DNA of 64,000 bases from positions 32,001-96,000 of IMG/VR virus record IMGVR_UViG_3300015608_002119; one strand, 5' to 3'. Below are positions 56,429 to 64,000 of the stretch, in pieces. A program made the position numbers and the translations under genes. The notes beneath the pieces are model-generated. The model was not told the origin of the DNA. It made no database searches and saw nothing but the letters and a program-made list of their open reading frames with translations. Origin of the DNA: a virus. Lineage: Duplodnaviria; Caudoviricetes. Position 1 is the first letter of the stretch; every line of letters starts with the position of its first letter.

Positions 56429-58861
56429 ATGGAGACATCATGTGTTGGGATCGGCGATGGATTCGCAGAATGCCTCTATCTCAGTGATGACGGCACAGTT
56501 GCCGATTACCGGTTCACGTACACAATCACCAAGTCAAAATTGTCGGACAGTGCCGCTGCTACAATTGACATCACCCTATCAGAAGTGAACGTCAAAGTGG
56601 CAACAAGCAGCCACTCCATATTCGGACAACAACAGCGACTAGCAGTTTCTTTCTCATTGGCAAACATCGACGCGTCCGATGTGATCGCCAGAATCCGGAC
56701 ACGACCATCGGTGTTACGCGAACAGGTAGCGGCCGTGCGCCAATCGTATTTTGCCACAAAGAGACTTGCAATACCAGAACTGTTGACTGGTTTCAACTCT
56801 GTTGTTGGTTATGAGCTGATCACATCGACGAACGTAAAGCCCGGATATCGCAACACAGTGGCAATGGCAACCGCCGCGCCAAGCAATTTGCGTGTCAGCG
56901 ATGACAGAACGGTCCAGCAGCTATCAAAGAAGCTACTGTTTGAGTCTGGTGTGGATGTTGGTTCACGACTGTCTCAACCGGCATATGGCAAACCAACACT
57001 TAACCAGCAGGCAAACGCAGCTGTGCCAAGCGGTCAGCGGTATGAGCAGCACAATGAGTTGTCCGATGTTCAAAACCGGCTGATGATCGCGGCAACCGGC
57101 AATCCAACACCCATCAACGGCGCTCCGAGCTACTTTGCATACCGGTATGCCGACAGGGACATGGTAACTGTATACACGGACCTATCGCAAATAAGAGTCC
57201 CATCCGGGCTAACACCATCAGGGTTCTACGTTACGATCACCATTAAGACAGCCGATGGCATACTAATACAAGAGCTAACGAAGCACGTCGATCATAGCGC
57301 TTGCGTTCGTAGTCTTAGAGCAACCACACAAGCACCAATGATCGTTGCAACAAGGCTTGGTGATGAAACCGGCAAGGTTCAGCTGACAATCAAACAAACC
57401 GATCAGTACGCGTCGGACGTAAAAATATACAAACAAACCTACCGAAGCTCCGACTCCGCACCAACACAGGTGTACGTGACATCGCTGGCGGTTCGGCCAA
57501 ACGCCGTTGCCTCTTTGGTGTTTGACGAGCCGGAGACGTTAATACCTGGGACGGTGGTGCTATACAAGGCTGTGGCTGGTAGCGAGTTGAAGTTCGGTTC
57601 GTCGGCCGTTGCACCGGCCGGGAAGGCATCCGACATACGTGCGGACCGGTCAACAATCATTGCTACTATTGTCGCAGGCGGTGTTCGCTTGAGCATAGCC
57701 AACATACCAACTGGTGTGGCCACGGTGGAACTGTATCGACAACGTAACGGCGATATTGAGCGTTCGCTCATGCAGCGGTTTCTTGTGAATGGAATGGGCG
57801 GGTCCGTAGCGCATGTTGATACGTCCGTAGAAGCCGAGTCAACATATCACTACACGATCGCGATGACTGATATGCTTGGAAACGACGTACCGACATATGC
57901 TGAGGAGTTGTTGGTATACAGGCCGCCGACCGCCGCGGCGTATGCCACTGTAACCGTAGGCGCCAGCACGGTTACAGCCGATACGGACCCAGCGACCGGC
58001 AAGCCTCGTTATGACGTTGTGTTTGATGTCGGTTACCTGAAAAGTGAAACCGCCGAAGATGTCACAAGGAAGTTGCTCAAAAACCAACAGCTAATCGAAT
58101 ACTACGGTGCCGATATCAGTCGCCAGAACTTAAGCCAGCTCCTTGTGACGCGCGTTGTAATGAAGAACCTGTTGACCGGTGACTATAGTGACCTTGGATT
58201 TATTGACCAGTCGACCGGCTTCATACAGTCAAAAACACGCATTGGGCACATCACCGAGCCAGCTCCTTACCGGTACGAACTGACGACGTACGTACGCGAT
58301 CCGGCGACACTACTTTCGCGTGTTGTGCTTACCGGTTCATCGACACCAAGGCCGGGCACCGGCACAACACAGGGAACGCTGACAACGGCATACACATATA
58401 CGCCAGCAATCAGCTCAAATCCGTTCGCTTTGTCGACCGGTACGCTGGCAAAGAAAAGCGGCGCCGAATACGAAAGCATGACCGGTGTTTCTGAAATGAG
58501 TCTCGGTTCCATTGTTGATGTCCAGTACGTGGCAGTGGATGTTACACAGCCAAAGCCAACCATTCAAGGCTTGAGAGCATATCGAAGCAGCCGCACCGCT
58601 ATTACACTGAACTGGTCTGTGAACGGTCAGCAGGATCAAATCGGTCACTTTGTAATTGTCAGGCAGGACAAGAGCACCGGCGCTGTCGACCACTTGGGAA
58701 CTACCAACGGAATCGAGCCAACAAACAACTACGCATTCGTTGATAAACTCAGGGCCACGGATCCTGGCCGTTACGTGTACTATGTCACACCACAGCTCAC
58801 GGACTACTCGGTTGGATCTTCATATGCCAGCAATGAGGTAGAGGTGTCGGTAGAACAATGA
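56429..58861 (+). CDS. structural protein with Ig/FN3-like domains
   Basis: HVDTSVEAESTYHYTI, ITLNWSV, FVDKL...PGRYVYYVTP. Confidence 0.65.
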   Translation: METSCVGIGDGFAECLYLSDDGTVADYRFTYTITKSKLSDSAAATIDITLSEVNVKVATSSHSIFGQQQRLAVSFSLANIDASDVIARIRTRPSVLREQVAAVRQSYFATKRLAIPELLTGFNSVVGYELITSTNVKPGYRNTVAMATAAPSNLRVSDDRTVQQLSKKLLFESGVDVGSRLSQPAYGKPTLNQQANAAVPSGQRYEQHNELSDVQNRLMIAATGNPTPINGAPSYFAYRYADRDMVTVYTDLSQIRVPSGLTPSGFYVTITIKTADGILIQELTKHVDHSACVRSLRATTQAPMIVATRLGDETGKVQLTIKQTDQYASDVKIYKQTYRSSDSAPTQVYVTSLAVRPNAVASLVFDEPETLIPGTVVLYKAVAGSELKFGSSAVAPAGKASDIRADRSTIIATIVAGGVRLSIANIPTGVATVELYRQRNGDIERSLMQRFLVNGMGGSVAHVDTSVEAESTYHYTIAMTDMLGNDVPTYAEELLVYRPPTAAAYATVTVGASTVTADTDPATGKPRYDVVFDVGYLKSETAEDVTRKLLKNQQLIEYYGADISRQNLSQLLVTRVVMKNLLTGDYSDLGFIDQSTGFIQSKTRIGHITEPAPYRYELTTYVRDPATLLSRVVLTGSSTPRPGTGTTQGTLTTAYTYTPAISSNPFALSTGTLAKKSGAEYESMTGVSEMSLGSIVDVQYVAVDVTQPKPTIQGLRAYRSSRTAITLNWSVNGQQDQIGHFVIVRQDKSTGAVDHLGTTNGIEPTNNYAFVDKLRATDPGRYVYYVTPQLTDYSVGSSYASNEVEVSVEQ

Positions 58862-61800
58862 GCGCGACAAGAAACAACCTGCCGGTATCGCTCGGCGGTA
58901 TCAGCATACAGCCGGTCGCGACACCGCTATTGGCACCACTCACAGCGCCACGTGACGATGGCGCGCCCATGCTTATGGGACTAGGTACGGCACCGCAGGC
59001 GCCTAGACAGGTTACGCAGGCTGGCGCCGACGTGCAATCAACTTCGGTCCCATTGTCACAGCAAGTCACTTTGACAAACCTGAATGTTCCAAGCCTGTCG
59101 TCTCCCACGGTACCGATGGTCAGGCTATCACCAGCTCAGGCGCTACAGGGTGCAGTTTTTGCACCACCGATGGCGCCTTCATCAGTGACAATAAGCTCGC
59201 GGCCCAACCCAGTCGCGAGGCTAACGGCCGCCGACTTGAATGAAGATACGCTATCACTGGCAACCAGCAACGTTCAGAACGGCTCAGTAACGCTGGCGCC
59301 TGGGGCTTTCCGGCCGGAGCTGGTCATGACGATGCCGTTTCAACCATCTTATGATGGCTTGCATCAACCAACAGAGTTTGGCAGGTACCTAAACGACCTC
59401 TACCAGAACAGCATACTTCGCGACAGCCTGCGCAAGTACCTCATTGCCAATCGATATGACGCGCTAGCGCAGACCCTGGCCGCGATATCCAGCCGGGTGA
59501 GCAGTGATATCACATACGCCAATGAGACCATAGCTCAACTTGATCAAGCTATCAGTAGGCGCGGCGAACTGCTCAATGCCCTGAATGTGAAAGTCGTTGT
59601 TGGTGACGGGTACAACGTTAGGACTCCATATGTCAACCTACGCGAACTTGTTACAACAAGGATGCTGTTCTCTGACCGATCATATAGTTTGTTCTCTGAC
59701 ACCAAACTGATCTACCAGCTCTTGTTTGATATGAGCTCGGTTCTGAACGTGTGTTCGTTTGGGCTGGTATCTGGATTTACAGATCATGATCGTACGGCGA
59801 TAACAAACAACCCAAACACCAACAGCCAGCTGGCGGCACAAGATGCCATCACGTTAGACTTGAGCTACGGTAGCGGGCTAAGGTTTGAGCCATCTCTCTT
59901 GCGCGCCAAATACATGACCGACAGTGCAGTTGTGGGGTCTGTTGTGGCCAGCTTGCCGGGTGCCGCCGCTGACAAGATACAGTTGATCACATGGTTCCTA
60001 TCCAAAGAGCTGCGCGTGTCAAAAGGTCTCGGCAAATACCTTCCAGATGGCGCGGCATTGTTTGGGTTCGGTAACCGCGGTAACCCATTTGACAATGTTA
60101 TAGGCGCTGTTCCAACCGACATCTTTACTCAACCTTCTGGCCAAAACAGCTTAGCTGGCTTGTTTTACTTGAGAAACGCAGGCGCTCAATCATCAAACGC
60201 CGCCGTCATATTGCCGTACGAAAGCAGAGCAGTTGTCGGCGACAACGAGACCACGTATGTTCCGGGAAGTGCGTACTTCGGCGACGCTTTGCTGCGCGGT
60301 GACTACGGCACATTTTCCAACTACAAGGAACTATTCTCGACACGCATATCTGCGGCGAGGTCAGTGTTTGACCGGTTACTGCTCAAACAACACAGCTACG
60401 ATCAGACGTCTGCGGCAATTACCCCAGCCAGCATGATTAAATCCGCCGCTGGCATGTTTGGCGAAGCCATGTCATACATCAGAGCCATCAACGGAAACGG
60501 GCTCTCAACGTTGTTGTTTGCTCTTTATCGCATCGCTGCCAGCCAACCAGCCATGAAGTTCGAGCTGTTCAAGCTGTTGCTGCTGGTCATTCTATATGAT
60601 TCAAGGCCAACGGTTACAAGCACCGTTCCGAATGTCGACAATTTCCGACGGCTCCTCTTCGACGAGCTCTCCAGTAATCCAATACAGGGCTTCGCTGCGC
60701 CGGTCACAGAGGATACCCTGCCGGACCTTTTGCTGTCACAGATAAGCGTCGTAGTGGCCTTGGCGGGGCAAAACTTGCCAATGGCTAGTGGTCGGGGACA
60801 TGTTACCGACTTGTTTGCCAACACGCCCACATCACCAATCGGCAAGGAGACCGGCGATGTGAGCCCAGCAAACAACAGCATGCACGTGCCGTTTGTAATA
60901 GCGCAGGATTTGCATGTTGCGCTGAGGTCTCCTGGGCAAAACCTGTTCAAGTGCGTTGACATGTTCGCACGTGCCATGTTTGCTGCGTGCGGCAACGGTG
61001 ACGTACAGTACCACCTGATATCAAACAGCTCTGTTACAAGATACAACGGCGTTACAATCACCGGCACGCTGTTGCTTGTCAATGAGATGTTTGCCGCCAT
61101 GGCCGACATGTTCACCGCACAATCAGTTTCATTCTTCCTGGATGGGAACTCGATTGTCGCTCAGTTCAACTCGTCCGCGCTATCAGAGGCACAAGCTGAT
61201 ATTGGGCAGTTTGTTGGTTCAAATGCCACCGCAGGATCACTGTTGCCGTTGGTTGCAAAGGTAGACGGCGAGGAGTTGTTCATTGACAACGGCCTCGTGC
61301 TGTTGGAACGGCTAAATCAATCGCTCAATAACGTCACTTCCCCAACACCAAACGAACGTGACGCTCTCGCGACGCTTGGGCCTTACACCGGCAACGTGAC
61401 GGTCTCGTATATTCGGAGTGCAAAGTCTGTTCTGCGGTCGTACGTTGACAGACTGGCCAGATACAACCCGTCCGGCAAGCCCGGCTTGAACTTTTATCTG
61501 CCGAGTGGCAAGGCAATATCAGATAACACGTTCATAGCTTTGCAAACGCTGCTCAAGTCGACCGGGTTTCTCGGCAGCGCACTTCATGAATTGCTGCCAA
61601 ACAGCCAGCTATTGACGATTGGAGTCCCGGCCGGGTTTGTGGACTCGATCCTGTCATCCGGCGTAAGGAAGGCTGACACGGCTGCTGGACTGTTGTTGCA
61701 GGGTGAGCCTAGCGATATAGTTCGCTTGAAGGTATACAGAACAGACAAGAACAACGAGCGGCTGATATTCAAGCCGGTATCGTTCATGTTTGACACGTCG

Positions 61801-62523
61801 CTGTTTGCGTATGGGTTTGATGGATACGGTTCTGAACAGCTAGCCGAACTGCCGACCACAACAGACGCACTGCTTGATGTCTTCAGGTTTTACGACTTTG
61901 ACGAGGACATGCCATACACAAGTGCCGTTCCACAGACCTTGTCTACCCTGGCAAACGCGGACGGCTATTACAGCTCTACACCGGCCAGGAAACGGCTAGC
62001 TGGTGAGGTGGTTAAAAACCTCATGCTCAGCCACCTGATTGGGGCGTATGTCAACATGGCAACCGGGATGTCGCTGGACGAGGAAACGTTCATCTCGTAC
62101 GACCCAACTGAGATCCGACGGTTCTCAGACTCTGTTACTGCACTCGCCTCCAACGGCCAGAACATCGATAGCGCCGCGGCCACTGCAAAGTTGATGGTGC
62201 CAGAATACGCTGGCCTGCTTTCGGCGTTTGCGACGAATCGAGTGGACGTGAAGATGATGCTCACGCTCTGCAACGATATCCGCAGCACCGTGTTCAGACG
62301 TAAAGATTTCGATCGAACGTTCTCGGTCATCGTAGCACGCAACCGGTTCCCGGTCGACATCGAGTCTATGAACCAAACCAACGCTGGCCGGGAAGAACTT
62401 GTAAGGCTTTGGCGAGCTGGTTCTACGATCACCGCGGAAGACGGCGAGGTGTATGTTGTGTCCGATAACACCTTGGTCATGGACCAATACTTTGTCAACA
62501 TTGAGGCATTGGCTGGTATATGA
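58858..62523 (+). CDS. large hypothetical (probably structural) protein
   Basis: 1221 aa, ATGA-coupled at both ends, Pro-rich N-terminus. Confidence 0.65.
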   Translation: MSATRNNLPVSLGGISIQPVATPLLAPLTAPRDDGAPMLMGLGTAPQAPRQVTQAGADVQSTSVPLSQQVTLTNLNVPSLSSPTVPMVRLSPAQALQGAVFAPPMAPSSVTISSRPNPVARLTAADLNEDTLSLATSNVQNGSVTLAPGAFRPELVMTMPFQPSYDGLHQPTEFGRYLNDLYQNSILRDSLRKYLIANRYDALAQTLAAISSRVSSDITYANETIAQLDQAISRRGELLNALNVKVVVGDGYNVRTPYVNLRELVTTRMLFSDRSYSLFSDTKLIYQLLFDMSSVLNVCSFGLVSGFTDHDRTAITNNPNTNSQLAAQDAITLDLSYGSGLRFEPSLLRAKYMTDSAVVGSVVASLPGAAADKIQLITWFLSKELRVSKGLGKYLPDGAALFGFGNRGNPFDNVIGAVPTDIFTQPSGQNSLAGLFYLRNAGAQSSNAAVILPYESRAVVGDNETTYVPGSAYFGDALLRGDYGTFSNYKELFSTRISAARSVFDRLLLKQHSYDQTSAAITPASMIKSAAGMFGEAMSYIRAINGNGLSTLLFALYRIAASQPAMKFELFKLLLLVILYDSRPTVTSTVPNVDNFRRLLFDELSSNPIQGFAAPVTEDTLPDLLLSQISVVVALAGQNLPMASGRGHVTDLFANTPTSPIGKETGDVSPANNSMHVPFVIAQDLHVALRSPGQNLFKCVDMFARAMFAACGNGDVQYHLISNSSVTRYNGVTITGTLLLVNEMFAAMADMFTAQSVSFFLDGNSIVAQFNSSALSEAQADIGQFVGSNATAGSLLPLVAKVDGEELFIDNGLVLLERLNQSLNNVTSPTPNERDALATLGPYTGNVTVSYIRSAKSVLRSYVDRLARYNPSGKPGLNFYLPSGKAISDNTFIALQTLLKSTGFLGSALHELLPNSQLLTIGVPAGFVDSILSSGVRKADTAAGLLLQGEPSDIVRLKVYRTDKNNERLIFKPVSFMFDTSLFAYGFDGYGSEQLAELPTTTDALLDVFRFYDFDEDMPYTSAVPQTLSTLANADGYYSSTPARKRLAGEVVKNLMLSHLIGAYVNMATGMSLDEETFISYDPTEIRRFSDSVTALASNGQNIDSAAATAKLMVPEYAGLLSAFATNRVDVKMMLTLCNDIRSTVFRRKDFDRTFSVIVARNRFPVDIESMNQTNAGREELVRLWRAGSTITAEDGEVYVVSDNTLVMDQYFVNIEALAGI

Positions 62524-64000
62524 CAACGCAACAAGACTCACCTCAAAACACCGTCGCTGGCGTATCCCTTCCATCAATACCGGTGGCAGTGCTCGACACA
62601 CGTGAAGTTCAGTCGTTCACTTCAACGTTTGTGTATGCTTTCTTTGCGCCCGATGAGCTTGTGACTGAGCCGCAAATCATTGCTCAATCACCGGTTGACT
62701 CTGTGCGGTTTGCACGCAACGTTCCGCGCTATGTCAAACTGGCGTGGGTTCCTGTGAGAGTCAACTCGGAAGGTACCGTGCAACAAGATCTGGTCGATAT
62801 CTCTTTAGAGCAGAATGCCAGCCGTATTGTTTCTGAAGACGACATCAGGTCGCGATTCTACACAACATACAATCAACAAGAGAACGCGTTTGTGGCGCAG
62901 ACACAAGCCTATCTTGACAGGCTGTATCGCCAACTTGGGTACGACTCAACAAACGCCAGCATGAGCGATGTGATCAGGGCGATTCATGAATCGACACCCG
63001 AGATGCTCAGCCAGGAGTTCCTAAATCGTTACCTGTCATACTCAAACAGCGAACTGACGGCAACCGGAACAATGCCGGTTGCGCCGGTCTACAACACAGA
63101 AAACGTTGTGGTGCATGTCCCGGTTTTGAATGGTCGGTATGGCACCTTGATGCATGACAAACTGGTAAACGACTCACTGACTGACATATCAAGCGACATG
63201 TCAAGCATGACAGCAGACGGCCTATCGACACAAATGGCTGTGCGGCAGTACATGGCAAGGTTCAATGCAAACCAGTACAACGTTGACCTCGGAAGCCCAA
63301 TAAAGTCTGTCGTTGATAACGAGTCAACGGACGTTCAGCCGCGGTATCACTCTACCGGGTATGTAATCGAACGGTTTAGAATAACAGGAGACGGTGGCCG
63401 GGTAGAACGGAAAGTATTCTTTGTAGAAGATCCTACCGTGGCCAACCTGATCGATACCAGTGTTCGATACGCACAGACGTACATGTACTCGATCAGGTCG
63501 GTCACAGCACTCAAGATCAGCAGAACCGATACGTTGACAGCGAACAACACCAGGGAAACATACCTGATATCCAGTGGACCAGTGACCACATACGTCACTT
63601 GTGTCGACAAAGTGCCACCAGAACCGCCGACGGACTTCTTTGTTCGTTGGGATTATGGGCTTAACAAGCCGGTTCTAACTTGGAGTTTCCCGGTTGACAG
63701 CCGCAGGCACGTCAAGTATTTCCAGGTGTTCAGGCGCAAGAACGTTGGATCGACGCGACCGGCACAATTGCCGTTTGAGTTGGTTCGCATGTATGACTTC
63801 AATGACCTGTCTTCGGCAGACGGAGTGATATATGCAACAGTCAAAGATCCACGAACAAACAGGCCGTTGTCTTTCGGGTTTTTGCAGAACGGCGAGAACC
63901 TGATTAACTCGGCAACCGTCATAAACATCCTGAACCAAACCGGTCAAAACCAGTCGACAGCCACGTGTTATGTTGATGATGACTTCAACAAGGAAGACTA
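62520..64000 (+). CDS. FN3-like structural protein, 3'-truncated by window edge (absent from ORF track)
   Basis: ATGA overlap; MTTQQDSPQNTVAGVSLPSIPV... and later DKVPPEPPTDFFVRWDY...LTWSFP......KYFQVFRR. Confidence 0.7.
   Translation, partial: MTTQQDSPQNTVAGVSLPSIPVAVLDTREVQSFTSTFVYAFFAPDELVTEPQIIAQSPVDSVRFARNVPRYVKLAWVPVRVNSEGTVQQDLVDISLEQNASRIVSEDDIRSRFYTTYNQQENAFVAQTQAYLDRLYRQLGYDSTNASMSDVIRAIHESTPEMLSQEFLNRYLSYSNSELTATGTMPVAPVYNTENVVVHVPVLNGRYGTLMHDKLVNDSLTDISSDMSSMTADGLSTQMAVRQYMARFNANQYNVDLGSPIKSVVDNESTDVQPRYHSTGYVIERFRITGDGGRVERKVFFVEDPTVANLIDTSVRYAQTYMYSIRSVTALKISRTDTLTANNTRETYLISSGPVTTYVTCVDKVPPEPPTDFFVRWDYGLNKPVLTWSFPVDSRRHVKYFQVFRRKNVGSTRPAQLPFELVRMYDFNDLSSADGVIYATVKDPRTNRPLSFGFLQNGENLINSATVINILNQTGQNQSTATCYVDDDFNKED

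Noticed and set aside
1-64000. tRNA genes, CRISPR arrays, stop-codon reassignment, inteins
   Set aside because: None recognised by eye. Genes tile densely in the standard code using all three stops, and RecA and PolA have no intein-sized insertions. A tRNAscan/Infernal run would be needed to exclude small RNAs.

Overview
A 64-kb segment of a large, T4-like contractile-tailed (jumbo-type) bacteriophage genome, of roughly balanced GC content and read mostly on the + strand. Layout: (1) 1-14 kb tail module: gp26-like chaperone with a probable +1 frameshift extension, thymidine kinase, tape measure, tube initiator, gp53/LysM-like protein and hub. (2) 14-19 kb replication/recombination: short family-A DNA polymerase, HD protein, gp32-like SSB and RecA/UvsX. 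(3) 19-31 kb accessory region: GGCT, AT-hook protein, lytic-transglycosylase-like protein, MnmA, deaminase, HExxH peptidase and a PD-(D/E)XK nuclease. (4) 31-40 kb glycan-biosynthesis island: several glycosyltransferases plus GSCFA, PIG-L and WbqC proteins. (5) 40-64 kb gp55-like late sigma factor, then spike, gp25, gp6 and large baseplate/virion proteins. The main items missed by the ORF track are a 271-nt ORF-less group IA intron (36992-37262) splitting a glycosyltransferase gene, a decayed Vsr/DUF559-like endonuclease remnant immediately upstream of it, and the probable tail-chaperone frameshift. I also see strong enrichment of [S/T]-[G/S/A]-S tripeptides in a subset of virion proteins near the glycosylation island (candidate virion-glycosylation system), two promoter classes and a repeated GGCGTATAGG motif. 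All assignments come from motif recognition by eye; no database searches were run.
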